NCBI GenBank assembly: GCA_027031765.1 | Contig: JALVPN010000040.1 | Coordinates: 71,915 to 135,914 of the forward strand | Source: Promethearchaeota archaeon | GTDB lineage: Archaea > Asgardarchaeota > Thorarchaeia > Thorarchaeales > Thorarchaeaceae | Direction of reading: 5' to 3' | Length of the DNA stretch: 64,000 nucleotides | Shown here: positions 17,812 to 32,503 of the stretch, in pieces | How the letters are laid out: each line of letters opens with the position of its first letter | Position numbering within the stretch: position 1 is the stretch's first letter | Notes under the pieces: model-generated | Seen by the model: only the letters and a program-made list of their open reading frames with translations | Database searches by the model: none | Told to the model about the DNA's origin: nothing | Translations under genes and position numbers: made by a program

Positions 17812-20800
17812 ATGGTCGGCGAGAGGCGTGACAAATACTGGCCGGTAATTGAGAGCTTCTTCAAGGAGTATGGGCTTGTTGGACAGCACCTAGACTCGTT
17901 CAACCGTTTTATCCGAGAGGAGCTCCAGCAGGTCGTAGACAGTGTCAGCGAGATTAAGCCGAAGATTGAGGGCTACACCGTAGCTCTGGGCAAGATAGAA
18001 GTGCACCCCCCGTCAATCCGCGAGGCGGATGGCAGTGAGCACCCACTTTACCCCAACGAGGCACGAATCCGTAATCTGACCTACGCCAGTAAACTATTGC
18101 TAGAGTGCACTCCAATCCGTCGTGATGGGTCAACGACCACGCGACTTGAAACTGTAAGAATCTACATAGGCGACCTGCCAATCATGCTGAGGAGTGAAAC
18201 ATGTCTTCTACACGGCATGACTGAGGAGGAGCTCATCAAACATGGTGAGGACCCAAAAGACCCCGGGGGTTACTTCATAATCAACGGTTCGGAACGTGTC
18301 CTAGTAACACAGGAAGACCTCGCTCCGAACAGGATTCTGATTGAGGAGGCGAGTAAGAGTTCAAGCTACACACACATAGCCAAGGTGTTCTCGACTTCTA
18401 GGGGGTTCCGTGCACCAGTCACTATCGAACGAAAACGGACTGGTGAGTTGCGTGTGTCGTTTCCCTCAGTACCAGGGAAAATCCCACTGGCCATCTTGAT
18501 GAAGGCCCTAGGACTCGAATCGGACAAGGACATTGCAGATGTAATATCAGACGACGAGGAAATCCGAAATGAGCTGATAGTCACAATTGAGCAGTCGGCC
18601 CCGATAAACGCCCCACGTGACGGCTCTGGAGGGTCGACAGTCGAGAATGCCCTTGATTTCATAGGGAAGCGTGTGGCTGTTGGACAGACAAGAGAATACC
18701 GACTTGCGCGCGCCGAAAAGGTCCTTGACCGATATCTATTGCCACACATTGGGACTGAGCCAGAGGACCGCCTCCAGAAAGCATACTACCTAGGACAGAT
18801 GGTCGAGCGCCTCCTCGAACTCGTGCTGGGGAAACGTCAGCCCGATGACAAGGACCACTATGCGAACAAGCGTCTGAAACTCTCAGGTGACCTGCTTGTT
18901 TCCCTCTTCAGAGTAGCGCTGTACTCGTTGACACGAGATATCAAGTATCAGCTTGAGCGGACGGCCGTCAGGGGACGGAAGCCTAACATCCGGACAGCTG
19001 TCCGTGCAGATGTGATTACACAGCGGCTCAAGCACGCACTTGCTACTGGCAACTGGGTTGGTGGTAAGGCAGGAGTATCACAACTCCTCGACAGAACCAA
19101 CTACATCTCCTCACTGTCGCATCTCCGCCGCGTCGTATCGCCCTTGTCAAGGTCGCAACCACATTTCGAGGCGAGAGATCTCCACTCCACCCATTGGGGA
19201 AAGGTCTGTCCCAATGAAACCCCGGAGGGGCCAAATTGCGGTCTTGTGAAGAACATCGCCATGATGGCATACATCTCGGTTGGCACAAATGAGGACGCCG
19301 TCGAACAGGCACTCATGCAGGCCGATGTCGAGGCCATCGAGGCCCGGCAGGGCCGGCGTGGTGCCAAGTGGGCTGATGTGTTCCTCAATGGTCGGCTTGT
19401 AGGCGTACATGCGGCGCCCAAGCTGCTTGTCAGGGCAATCCGTCAGAGGCGTCGTGCCGGCGAGATTGACCAGGAGGTAAACATAGCATACTATGAGGAC
19501 ACCAATGAGGTCCAGGTGAACTGCGATGCTGGACGCGTCCGGCGCCCCCTCATCATAGTGGAAAATGGACAGAGCCGGCTGACCGATGAACACCTGAGGA
19601 TGATTGAGGAAGGCGAATGGACATTCAACGACCTGCTGCGCAACGGGATTATGGAATTCCTAGATGCAGAGGAGGAGGAGAACACACTGATTGCAATGTA
19701 TCCGGAGGACATACGTCCCAACACGACCCACCTAGAAATCGTACCCTCCACCATACTTGGCATCTCCGCAGCTCTCATCCCCTTCCCAGAGCATAACCAG
19801 TCGCCCCGGAACGTCTACATGGCAGGAATGGCCAAGCAGTCTGTCGGGGTGCCCGCTTCCAATTTCAAGTTCAGGGCAGATACACGTTCCCACTTTTTCC
19901 ACTACCCGCAAGTCCCACTGGTCAAGACGCGGGCTATGGACTCCATAGGATACGAGGAACGACCCGCCGGGCAGAACTTTATTGTTGCAATCCTATCATT
20001 CGAAGGGTACAACATTGAAGATGCTCTGATTCTGAACAAGGCCTCAATTGACCGGGGTCTGGGACGCAGTACATTCTGCCGGGTGTACGAGAGTGAGGAG
20101 CGCAAATATCCGGGAGGTCAAGAGGATCGGTTCGAGATACCTGACCGTAGTGTCCGGGGCTATCGTGCATCAGAGTCATACCGCAACCTCGGGGAGGACG
20201 GCATTATTGAAACGGAGGTCGAAGTGCAAGGAGGCGATGTCCTGATAGGGCGGACTTCACCCCCACGTTTCCTAGAAGAGTACTCCGAGTTTGAAATCAC
20301 GTCACCAAACCGCCGAGAAACATCAGTGGCAGTACGTCACGGAGAGTCCGGTGTTGTGGACAGTGTAATCCTAACGGAAACAATTGATGGCAACCGCCTT
20401 GTAAAAGTCAAGGTGCGAGACCTCCGCATCCCAGAACTCGGGGACAAGTATGCATCACGGCACGGACAGAAAGGGGTAATCGGATACCTCGCACCACAGG
20501 AGGATCTCCCCTTCACCGAGGACGGTGTCGTACCAGACCTTGTACTGAACCCACATGCTATACCAAGCCGGATGACAATCGGTCAAATCCTTGAGATGAT
20601 AGCCGGAAAGGCAGCTGCAATGGAGGGCAAACAACAGGATGCAACTCCCTTCTGTGGTGTGACGGAAGAGGAGCTGTTTGGTCTCCTCAAGAAGCACGGC
20701 TTTCAGCACACTGGTCGCGAAACTATGTATTCGGGCGTTACAGGTGAGAAGCTGAAGACCGATGTGTTCATTGGCTGTGTATACTACATGAAGCTACACC

Positions 20801-21177
20801 ACATGGTGGCGGACAAGATCCATGCGAGGGCCCGTGGACCAGTCCAAATCTTGACGCGCCAGCCAACTGAGGGGCGGGCCCGCGAGGGCGGCCTGCGTTT
20901 TGGTGAGATGGAACGCGACGTGCTCATCGGTCACGGTGCTGCAATCTTGCTGAAGGGACGCTTACTTGACGAGTCCGACAAGAGTACGATGCTTGTCTGT
21001 GAAGAGTGTGGCCTGATAGGCGTGTACGACCGTAACAAGGATCAGTACTATTGCCCAATCTGTGGCCCAAGCGCGAGAATCAGCAGTGTGGTTGTGTCTT
21101 ATGCGTTCAAGCTCTTGCTCCAAGAAATGATGTCCCTTGGCCTTGCATGTCGCCTGCGCCTCAAGGAGATGATCTAG
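17812..21177 (+). CDS. rpoB: DNA-directed RNA polymerase subunit B (unsplit)
   Basis: 1121 aa with the universal RpoB segments (GQKGV, conserved LGxxEMERD-type loop MKLHHMV..GGLRFGEMERD), C-terminal Zn ribbon CEECG..CPICG. Confidence 0.95.
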   Translation: MVGERRDKYWPVIESFFKEYGLVGQHLDSFNRFIREELQQVVDSVSEIKPKIEGYTVALGKIEVHPPSIREADGSEHPLYPNEARIRNLTYASKLLLECTPIRRDGSTTTRLETVRIYIGDLPIMLRSETCLLHGMTEEELIKHGEDPKDPGGYFIINGSERVLVTQEDLAPNRILIEEASKSSSYTHIAKVFSTSRGFRAPVTIERKRTGELRVSFPSVPGKIPLAILMKALGLESDKDIADVISDDEEIRNELIVTIEQSAPINAPRDGSGGSTVENALDFIGKRVAVGQTREYRLARAEKVLDRYLLPHIGTEPEDRLQKAYYLGQMVERLLELVLGKRQPDDKDHYANKRLKLSGDLLVSLFRVALYSLTRDIKYQLERTAVRGRKPNIRTAVRADVITQRLKHALATGNWVGGKAGVSQLLDRTNYISSLSHLRRVVSPLSRSQPHFEARDLHSTHWGKVCPNETPEGPNCGLVKNIAMMAYISVGTNEDAVEQALMQADVEAIEARQGRRGAKWADVFLNGRLVGVHAAPKLLVRAIRQRRRAGEIDQEVNIAYYEDTNEVQVNCDAGRVRRPLIIVENGQSRLTDEHLRMIEEGEWTFNDLLRNGIMEFLDAEEEENTLIAMYPEDIRPNTTHLEIVPSTILGISAALIPFPEHNQSPRNVYMAGMAKQSVGVPASNFKFRADTRSHFFHYPQVPLVKTRAMDSIGYEERPAGQNFIVAILSFEGYNIEDALILNKASIDRGLGRSTFCRVYESEERKYPGGQEDRFEIPDRSVRGYRASESYRNLGEDGIIETEVEVQGGDVLIGRTSPPRFLEEYSEFEITSPNRRETSVAVRHGESGVVDSVILTETIDGNRLVKVKVRDLRIPELGDKYASRHGQKGVIGYLAPQEDLPFTEDGVVPDLVLNPHAIPSRMTIGQILEMIAGKAAAMEGKQQDATPFCGVTEEELFGLLKKHGFQHTGRETMYSGVTGEKLKTDVFIGCVYYMKLHHMVADKIHARARGPVQILTRQPTEGRAREGGLRFGEMERDVLIGHGAAILLKGRLLDESDKSTMLVCEECGLIGVYDRNKDQYYCPICGPSARISSVVVSYAFKLLLQEMMSLGLACRLRLKEMI

Positions 21178-21179
21178 GA

Positions 21180-25057
<3,878 letters not shown>

Positions 25058-25171
25058 TAAGAGCGGGCTACGATGAGTCGCTCATATGTCGATAACATTA
25101 AAACCGAACATCAGTGATGAGGGCCTGGCATTGAAACCAGTTGGAAACGACAAGAGAAGAGGTTGTAGTAG

Positions 25172-25465
25172 TTGAGTTTGAACCAGTCAATTGCCAGTGC
25201 AGTCAGTACCGGAAAGTGCAAGATTGGCGCAAGAGCAGTACTTGATGCCATCAGGAATGGTGAAGCAAGACTTGTGGTTGTGGCGGCCAACTGTCCCAAG
25301 AACCAGTACGAGGACATCATGCACTATGCAGCACTCGGGTCGGTAAAGGTCTACGAGTTTGGGGGGACTTCATGGGATTTGGGCGAGATTGCAGGAAAAC
25401 CATTCATGGTTTCGGCTATTGCAGTCATTGAGCCGGGTGACTCACAAATCCTTAGTATTGTCTGA
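25172..25465 (+). CDS. rpl30e: Ribosomal protein L30e
   Basis: KCKIGARAVLDAIRNGEARLVVVAANCP pattern; 97 aa; canonical position after rpoA2. Confidence 0.85.
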   Translation: MSLNQSIASAVSTGKCKIGARAVLDAIRNGEARLVVVAANCPKNQYEDIMHYAALGSVKVYEFGGTSWDLGEIAGKPFMVSAIAVIEPGDSQILSIV

Positions 25466-25496
25466 GGCGAGTCCATTGGCCCGCGTCAAGCTCTCA

Positions 25497-25910
25497 ATGG
25501 AAGACATGGCACTCATTGCCCAGTTCGAACGGATTACCGGTGCGTCGGCTGTGGATGTTGTGCGGGACGACGAGGGGGACCGCATAATCCTTGTCGTCAG
25601 ACCAGACCAGCTGGCCAAGGCGATTGGAAGGGGAGGAGGCAACGTACGTGCGGCAGCAGATGCGTTTGGTATGGCCGTCGATATCGTACAATTCGCGGAA
25701 ACCGTGGAGGAGTTCATCAAGAACGCACTGGCGCCGGCGCGTGTGGAAAACGTCAGGATTATCGAACACAGGGATGGCAACCGTGTTGCAGTAGTAACCG
25801 TGAGGCACGAGGACAGGGGGATTGCAATCGGACGTGACGGTCGCAATGTGGCCCGGGCCAGGATTCTTGCAAAACGTCATTTTGACCTTGACAATGTGAC
25901 CATTATCTGA
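25497..25910 (+). CDS. nusA: Archaeal NusA (two KH domains), start trimmed to MEDMALIA
   Basis: KH GxxG motifs IGRGGGNV and IGRDGRNV. Confidence 0.8.
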   Translation: MEDMALIAQFERITGASAVDVVRDDEGDRIILVVRPDQLAKAIGRGGGNVRAAADAFGMAVDIVQFAETVEEFIKNALAPARVENVRIIEHRDGNRVAVVTVRHEDRGIAIGRDGRNVARARILAKRHFDLDNVTII

Positions 25911-26208
25911 GGGGCCGCCTCATCACTGGCGGGAGCCCCCGATATAAGGAACATGTGTTAATATGACATCCCAAGCCCCGAATGTACCTGCACCGCCACA
26001 TGGTCGTGCACGAACGCCGGTTGTGGAATGTTCAGGACAACAATCAAAATAGGAACGACTATGAGGGGGAATGATGAGAACATACATCTGGGACTTGCAG
26101 ACAATGAAACACCTCCCATGGAGGCACCGTGGATTCCTCCGAACAGATTGCATTCGCCATAGGGGCCGGTGGCCTGCGTGACCAGAAGGTCATGATGTCC
26201 TGTCCACA

Positions 26209-26218
26209 TTATTATATA
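26209..26218 (+). promoter_or_regulatory. TATA-like TTATTATATA about 70 nt upstream of kae1
   Basis: Only strongly AT-rich decamer in the nusA-kae1 spacer. Confidence 0.3.
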
Positions 26219-26286
26219 CACTGACGACCTCTGCACATACATCGGGCAGTAGCCGGATATGCGGCATAGAAGCCGGAGGAAGTATA

Positions 26287-27279
26287 TTGGTGACGATATG
26301 CTTGGGCCTTGAGGGAACCGCCCACTCGTTCGGAGCGGGTGTAGTGTCCAGCGACGGGAAAGTCATGTCGAATGTCTGGGACATGATTCGCCCTCAAAAG
26401 GGGGGCATCCATCCCCGAGAGGCAGCCCGACACCATTCCGAGAAGGGACCCACAATCATCCGACATGCGCTTGAAGAGGCAGGAGTGACGGCACAGGATA
26501 TACAACTTGTCGCATTCTCAAGGGGACCTGGTTTGGGGCCCTGCCTCAGGACGACTGCAACGATGGCCCGCGTGCTGGCATTGCACCTATCAGTCCCACT
26601 TGTAGGGGTCAACCACTGTGTTGCACACATCGAAATTGGCTGCCTGGAGTCAGGGTTTCAAGACCCGGTAACCGTGTACGTTTCAGGCGGGAATACGCAG
26701 GTCATCGCCTTTGCAGGAGGCCGCTTCAGAACCTTTGGCGAAACCCTAGACATTGCGATTGGAAACATGCTGGATGTGTTTGGGAGGAGTGCGGGAATGC
26801 GTTTCCCTGCTGGACCAGAAATCGAACGTGAGGCACAACTCGGCCGAGAGTATCATGCCCTCCCATACTCGGTAAAGGGGATGGACTTGAGTTACTCAGG
26901 GATGCTGACAGCGGCCAGACGGTTGCTCTCAGGAGGAGTCCCCCTGCCCGATGTGTGTTTCAGCATTCAGGAAACCGCATTTGGAATGTTGGCCGAGATT
27001 GCTGAGAGGGCGATTGCGCACACCAAGAAACGTGAACTCTTGCTCACAGGAGGAGTGGCACGGAACAGCCGCCTGACAGAGATACTCAGTGGCGTGGCGG
27101 TGCGCCATGATGTACGGTTCCACAGGGTTTCGCCATCGCTCGCCGGAGATCAGGGGGCAATGATTGCTTGGACAGGTATCCTGCAGTATCTTGCTGGAAA
27201 CACTGTTGATGTCGCGGAGTCACAGGTACTACCGCGGTGGAGAACCGACGAACAGGAGATAAGATGGAGGGCGATGTGA
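26287..27279 (+). CDS. kae1: Kae1/TsaD tRNA N6-threonylcarbamoyladenosine synthase (KEOPS catalytic subunit)
   Basis: ICLGLEGTAHSFGAGVV and VNHCVAHIEIG metal-binding motifs. Confidence 0.9.
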   Translation: MVTICLGLEGTAHSFGAGVVSSDGKVMSNVWDMIRPQKGGIHPREAARHHSEKGPTIIRHALEEAGVTAQDIQLVAFSRGPGLGPCLRTTATMARVLALHLSVPLVGVNHCVAHIEIGCLESGFQDPVTVYVSGGNTQVIAFAGGRFRTFGETLDIAIGNMLDVFGRSAGMRFPAGPEIEREAQLGREYHALPYSVKGMDLSYSGMLTAARRLLSGGVPLPDVCFSIQETAFGMLAEIAERAIAHTKKRELLLTGGVARNSRLTEILSGVAVRHDVRFHRVSPSLAGDQGAMIAWTGILQYLAGNTVDVAESQVLPRWRTDEQEIRWRAM

Positions 27280-27911
27280 TGGTAGAGTATACGGTGATTG
27301 CAGTTGGGGCGGAATCAGAAATACTGAGGACTCGACTCTGGAGCCGGGAGCTTGTGGTGAAACGTAGACCCGCAAAGCCGTACTTGCATGACAAGATTGA
27401 TGCATATCTTAGGAGATATAGGACAGTACGTGAGTGCAAGATGCTTGCGTATGCCCGTGGGCTTGGGATACCGACGCCAGCAGTCTATGCAGTGGACTTG
27501 GCAGAGTGTTCAATTGTCATGGACTATGTTGACGGGGTGCAGCTCAAGGAGTTGGTGGGCCACGTTTCACCCGAGCAGTTAGTAAGACTCTGCAAGAGGT
27601 TTGGTGAAATGATTGCAGGACTCCATCGTGGTGATGTGGTCCATGGTGACCCGACCACCAGCAATGTCCTCGTAGAGCCGAGTGGGAGGATGTGGATTGT
27701 TGATTTTGGGCTCGCTGATGTCAACGCAACGGTGGAGATGAAGGGGGTCGACCTCCACCTAGTCAGACGCGCACTTGAAACCACTCATTGGCAACACCAA
27801 GAGCAGATGCTGAAGGCTGTACTGGACGGGTATCAGAGCATCGTGGGCGACGGTGCAGACGAAATCACAAGGCGGATGGAGGAAATCCGTCAGCGTGGGC
27901 GTTATCACTAG
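27279..27911 (+). CDS. bud32: Bud32/PRPK atypical kinase (KEOPS); TGATG start/stop overlap with kae1
   Basis: GAESEIL glycine loop, VVKRR lysine, HGDPTTSNVLV catalytic loop, IVDFGLA. Confidence 0.85.
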   Translation: MVEYTVIAVGAESEILRTRLWSRELVVKRRPAKPYLHDKIDAYLRRYRTVRECKMLAYARGLGIPTPAVYAVDLAECSIVMDYVDGVQLKELVGHVSPEQLVRLCKRFGEMIAGLHRGDVVHGDPTTSNVLVEPSGRMWIVDFGLADVNATVEMKGVDLHLVRRALETTHWQHQEQMLKAVLDGYQSIVGDGADEITRRMEEIRQRGRYH

Positions 27912-28095
27912 GCGACCGTGAACCCAGGCCCTACTCGACACCATGGCCGCCAACACGTTCTGGTGGTACATTCTGTCACGGGTAGGGTCATAGAATGGTG
28001 TTGGGCTTGGAACGCAAAGCAACCTTTATATCGGCACCAGTGGGGCCACAGCAGGGCTTCCCTTCTCTGAATCCCGTATAGACAGAGGTATTCAC

Positions 28096-28557
28096 ATGGC
28101 AAGAATGCACACGAGGCGAAAGGGACGGTCTGGCAGCAAGCGCCCATCGGCCCTACGTGCCCCTGAGTGGCTCGATGAGGAGAAGACACCCGAATGGGTC
28201 GAGTCCAAGGTGGTTGAACTCGCAAAGGCTGGCAACTCTCCTTCGATGATAGGAATGATAATGAGAGACCAGTTTGGTATACCTCTGGTCAAGGTTATAA
28301 CGGGAAAGAGAATAGTGACAATTCTACTTGAACATGGACTCGCAAGGACAATCCCTGAAGATTTGCGGAACATGATTGCGAGAGCTGCACGGATACGAAG
28401 GCATCTTGAAGATAACAAGAAAGACTTTGTTTCGAAGAGGAGCCTGCAGCTGGTTGAGAGTAAGATTCACCGACTCTCAAAGTACTATCGGCGGAAGGGA
28501 GTCCTACCGAGTGACTGGAAGTACAGCCCAGATCAGGCTGCAATATACCTACGCTAG
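28096..28557 (+). CDS. rps15: Ribosomal protein S15 (uS15 / S13e)
   Basis: MARMHTRRKGRSGSKRP N-terminus and C-terminal S15 fold pattern. Confidence 0.9.
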   Translation: MARMHTRRKGRSGSKRPSALRAPEWLDEEKTPEWVESKVVELAKAGNSPSMIGMIMRDQFGIPLVKVITGKRIVTILLEHGLARTIPEDLRNMIARAARIRRHLEDNKKDFVSKRSLQLVESKIHRLSKYYRRKGVLPSDWKYSPDQAAIYLR

Positions 28558-28614
28558 TTTCAGCAGAGAACAGCTTGATGTTGGTACGACCGCCCTTTGG
28601 AAGTACGGTTGTGC

Positions 28615-28983
28615 CTACTGTTGCTTAGAGCCGACCTTGACGAGGATGTCTAGTAAGACCGAGAGCAACTCTGCAGTCTTTGCAAGAGCATCAAGGTTAG
28701 ACTCCTTCTCGAACAGTGACAACAGGGCTTCAATCTTGGACGAAACGACTGTGCGGACACTGCTGACCACAGTAGCAGGCATACCCTCATCAGCCGTCCC
28801 GTCAGTTGGTGTGGGCTCCGGCCCAAACCTTCGGTCACACGAGGCACAGTACACTTTGTCCTTCACTTTGAACAGAGGGGCTCCACAGTTAGGACAGGAC
28901 TCCGCAAGCATCGTTGCCCCACGACGCAGTAGTTCGGCCATCCTCTTGATTGCCGCATCGCTGTTTTCTGGCATCGGCATCAC
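28615..28983 (-). CDS. Zn-ribbon protein, autoantigen-p27 (PF06677)-like
   Basis: CPNCGAPLF...CASC C4 ribbon after helical N-terminus. Confidence 0.5.
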   Translation of the reverse strand: MMPMPENSDAAIKRMAELLRRGATMLAESCPNCGAPLFKVKDKVYCASCDRRFGPEPTPTDGTADEGMPATVVSSVRTVVSSKIEALLSLFEKESNLDALAKTAELLSVLLDILVKVGSKQQ

Positions 28984-29136
28984 CCAACAGAGCCGTGTGA
29001 AACGATATAAGCGATTGTACGATTATGAGCGAGCTCGTTGGTGCGTAGAGAAACTTTGATATGGCTAAGTCAGGTGGTTGTTCATGTTGTTCGCACTCGG
29101 TTTGTGCGCATAGACAATTCCCTAGAGGTGAGTCCA

Positions 29137-29403
29137 ATGATGGACCCCGAGACGGAGAGAAGTATTGAACAATCAAAGCTGCTGCTGAGGCAGATATCAG
29201 AGGACACATCAGTCCCCCGCAATATCAGACGCGCTGCAAATGAGGCGATTGCAGTTCTTGAGAACGAGGACGACTCGCCAGCGGTCAGGGCTCAGAATGC
29301 AATCTCCATTCTGGACGAGCCGAGCCAGGATCCCAATTGCCCGAACCATGCGCGAACAAAAATATGGCATGTTTCGAGTCTACTGGAGCCAATCCGTGAC
29401 TAG
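29137..29403 (+). CDS. UPF0147 family protein (start trimmed to MMDPET)
   Basis: EDTSVPRNIRRAA...VRAQNAISILDE...DPNCPNHARTKIW matches conserved UPF0147 blocks. Confidence 0.55.
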   Translation: MMDPETERSIEQSKLLLRQISEDTSVPRNIRRAANEAIAVLENEDDSPAVRAQNAISILDEPSQDPNCPNHARTKIWHVSSLLEPIRD

Positions 29404-29511
29404 AGCCCAGTTGGGACGAGTAACGCAGCTGTTGGTCGGACATTCAGTTGACCAGTCAGCCTCGTAGGTTCTCCCTGAGGCTGACATATGTTCTTGGGCC
29501 AGTGTTTGGAC

Positions 29512-30993
29512 ATGATCAGGGCAAGGATTAGAGGGATATACTCGCAATCGCTGACGCAGATTCTACTCCAAAACCACTTTGAGATTGTCCAGCCGACTCC
29601 AGAAGTCGCCCGCAGATTTGGGCTCCCCTTCAGGAGTGACATTCCCGATGTGGACATATGGGACCGAAGTGACCTCCAGGGGATTGTAGCAATTGCGTTT
29701 GAGTCTGTTCTTGAGCGTCTTGCAGAAGTTCTCCGGAGGCGTCTAGGATGGGTGATAACTAGGACGCCGAGGGTGGCCAAGAGCTCAATATATAGGGGGC
29801 GGGTCATAGGTCGTGACGAGAAGACTGGACATGTGCGCGTCGACCTAGGGACAATCACGGGGCTGCTGCCAGACCAAGGTCATCAGCGTGGGAATTATGT
29901 CATGGTGCAGGTACGCGCGCACGACTACGGACGCAAGGCCCCAATCCTCTCATCGAGCATAACCATTCCTGGGAAAGCCGCAGTTCTTCTTCCAGAGCCG
30001 GTCGTACGACTGAGTACAAAGATTAGAGATGCTGAAAGACGACGAGAACTCTTGCGGCTTGGTAGACGGTTGCAAGGACATACAGACGACTGGGGGATTC
30101 TCTGGCGGACTGCTGCCGAGTCGTTGACAGAAGAGGAGTTGTACGAAGAAGTCGACAGCCTCCTAGATGTTGCCCAGCAGGTGTACTCGGACTTTCAGGG
30201 TATGGACGATGTCGGCCTGCTTTTCGAGGGCACCAGCAATGCGGACATAGAGTTTCCAGCTGAGGTGAAAGATGCCCTAGACAAGACGCGTGCAAAGATA
30301 AGACCCACAATCACGCGACACCACTTCTACAAGAGTGCAGGGTATGCGCCATTAGTCGAGCTTGCCGAGTCGGTGATAGAGGACAGGCCCAGTGAACGTG
30401 CATACATCACAGCAAAGCTGGAGAAAGTAATCCAACGGGACATGCCAAAGAAGAACGACCCGGTCAACATAGAACATGTCAAGCTTGATGGGCGAAACAT
30501 CGTCCTGTCAAGAGGTAGGGTCGTGGACATCAACACACGCGGTCTTCTCATAAGGAGACAGTTTAGATACACGAGCAGAAAGCTGAAGATTGAACCGGAC
30601 TGCCTTGATAGAGTGGATGTTCCACGCGACGAGGGCGACTATGCGGTTACGCGTGTTGTCCCGGGTTCGTCAACACTTGTCACGCATTACTACTCTCGTG
30701 ATGGACATCTAAAAGGCACATACTTCAACATAAACACAGGTGTGGAAGTCTACCCCGGCAATGGAACCACCCCATGTCGTGTCAGGTATATTGACCTAGA
30801 GATTGATGTTGTTGCACCCTTGAACGATGAGCCAAGAATAATAGACCAGCACTTACTGAGGCGAGCTGTTCAACGGGGATTCATAACAGCAGGGATGGCA
30901 GCACGGGCACAGGCAAGAGCCGAAACAATTCTCAATGAGATTACTGAAGTGCAGAAACGGAACACCTCATCAAGCGCGGGCATAGACAGGTAG
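29512..30993 (+). CDS. FAU-1 / RNase E-G-like archaeal RNA-binding ribonuclease
   Basis: N-terminus IRARIRGIYSQSLTQILLQNHFEIVQP resembles FAU-1; about 490 aa. Confidence 0.6.
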   Translation: MIRARIRGIYSQSLTQILLQNHFEIVQPTPEVARRFGLPFRSDIPDVDIWDRSDLQGIVAIAFESVLERLAEVLRRRLGWVITRTPRVAKSSIYRGRVIGRDEKTGHVRVDLGTITGLLPDQGHQRGNYVMVQVRAHDYGRKAPILSSSITIPGKAAVLLPEPVVRLSTKIRDAERRRELLRLGRRLQGHTDDWGILWRTAAESLTEEELYEEVDSLLDVAQQVYSDFQGMDDVGLLFEGTSNADIEFPAEVKDALDKTRAKIRPTITRHHFYKSAGYAPLVELAESVIEDRPSERAYITAKLEKVIQRDMPKKNDPVNIEHVKLDGRNIVLSRGRVVDINTRGLLIRRQFRYTSRKLKIEPDCLDRVDVPRDEGDYAVTRVVPGSSTLVTHYYSRDGHLKGTYFNINTGVEVYPGNGTTPCRVRYIDLEIDVVAPLNDEPRIIDQHLLRRAVQRGFITAGMAARAQARAETILNEITEVQKRNTSSSAGIDR

Positions 30994-31153
30994 GGAGTAG
31001 GGCATACAGGTCATAGGCACGATTAGTTGATGGCTGTATGATAATCTTGCACACGGATCCGGCATTGTGGGCCTGTGGATGCATTCATCAGCACATGTGT
31101 GGCATGCAGCCTTGCAGGTGAGCTTTTATTACTGCAAATCGAGGAGGACGGAT

Positions 31154-32503
31154 ATGCCCAGTGGCACTGCAGAAGACACCGTGGGCCCCGCGGAGCTCCG
31201 CCGAGTGATGGCCGACCACAGACTTGGAGAGAAACGTCTGTTGATAGTGGTCGGCCCGCAGCCGCAGTCACTTGTTGCGGCTGCAATACTCTGTCGTGCA
31301 GCAGTGAGAAAGAGAGTACTTGTCCATACAACATTCCTTGAGCCGGTTGTGGGAACACACGAATTGGAAACACTACTCGCAGACTTCAAGGACCATGATA
31401 CTGTCATGATTGGTGTGAAACCTGATGGGAAATTCACACTGCAAGGCGAGTGTATAGTCATTGGTGCTGGAACAGGGATGGGCTCGGCAGCTCCACAGAC
31501 CGACTCGATATCTGCAGCGGCGGCTACGTATGTCATTGCACATGAGTGCTTCGGGACTGGAAAAGGCGACATTGGGTTGGCCGCCATGGGCATTGTGATA
31601 GAGCACACGCATGCTCCTCCGACCCACGGGGTTGACGCGGAAATTGTCAGCTCGGCCCTTGCCCAAGGGGAACTGGAACTGCTGAAAGGGTTCAGGCTCT
31701 ATGGAACTGGTACCCTATCTGTGGTCGATGCACTGTACCACTGTATCTCGCCGTGGCTGCCGGGCATCTCTGGCAAGAGAGAACAGTGCGAGGCCATCAT
31801 TGCGGATGCGAATCTTCCGTTTGTGCGACGGACTCTCCCGATACTCCAGCTTTCTCGCGAAGAGAAACAAAAGGTCACGATGGGGCTTGTCCAACACCTC
31901 GACTCTGAGAAATTATCGCAACTGCTTGGGACTGACTATCTTGCACGGTTCATGGGCAGTGAGGGCGAGGTCATACAGGTGTCAGACATCTATGCTCTCT
32001 TGAGAACCGCATGGACGAGGAGGAGGCTTGGACTCGGTCTTGCAGTCCTCATTGGCGACTTGAAGTCCGCACAGCAGGAACTCCGGAATCTTCATGTGCG
32101 CCACTGCAAGGACGTTATTGCACATGTCGATATGATACAATCCGCCCTCGAGGCCACCGGGACACTGACTGAGGGCACAACAATCACAGAAATCGAGATT
32201 AATGGCATAGACACGGTAATCCTCTCAGATTTGGGACGGATTGCCTTAGAAACAAACACAGTAACATCACCAGGACTGTTGCTGCGCACCAATCAGGGAC
32301 TGGAGCAACCGGTGGCATTTGTGTGGCGCCCAAGCGTGCTGACGCTACAGAAGGTTCTCAAGGCAGGCATGGTGCAGGGGATTGCCATGCGTTCGACATC
32401 AGACAACTCGGTCTCGCTCAGGGCGGGGGCAGAACCATTCCAACGGTTCCACAGCATGGCAGAGAACCTCCTTGGAGGGAAAGACGAATGCGGGCCACCA
32501 TAG
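31154..32503 (+). CDS. Hypothetical protein, possible DHH-fold RecJ/Cdc45-like with degenerate catalytic motifs (low confidence)
   Basis: Size and secondary-structure-like pattern only; canonical DHH aspartates not evident. Confidence 0.3.
   Translation: MPSGTAEDTVGPAELRRVMADHRLGEKRLLIVVGPQPQSLVAAAILCRAAVRKRVLVHTTFLEPVVGTHELETLLADFKDHDTVMIGVKPDGKFTLQGECIVIGAGTGMGSAAPQTDSISAAAATYVIAHECFGTGKGDIGLAAMGIVIEHTHAPPTHGVDAEIVSSALAQGELELLKGFRLYGTGTLSVVDALYHCISPWLPGISGKREQCEAIIADANLPFVRRTLPILQLSREEKQKVTMGLVQHLDSEKLSQLLGTDYLARFMGSEGEVIQVSDIYALLRTAWTRRRLGLGLAVLIGDLKSAQQELRNLHVRHCKDVIAHVDMIQSALEATGTLTEGTTITEIEINGIDTVILSDLGRIALETNTVTSPGLLLRTNQGLEQPVAFVWRPSVLTLQKVLKAGMVQGIAMRSTSDNSVSLRAGAEPFQRFHSMAENLLGGKDECGPP

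Noticed and set aside
17436-17831. 131-aa ORF upstream of rpoB (candidate rpoH position)
   Set aside because: Wrong composition for RpoH; overlaps tRNA-Lys on the same strand; Cys/Arg-rich artefact-like translation.
26185-26235. Possible C/D-box sRNA (GGTC-ATGATGT ... CTGA-CGACC with terminal complementarity)
   Set aside because: Only about 45 nt, lacks clear D'/C' boxes, and the AT-rich core coincides with the best TATA candidate for kae1; treated as a promoter instead.
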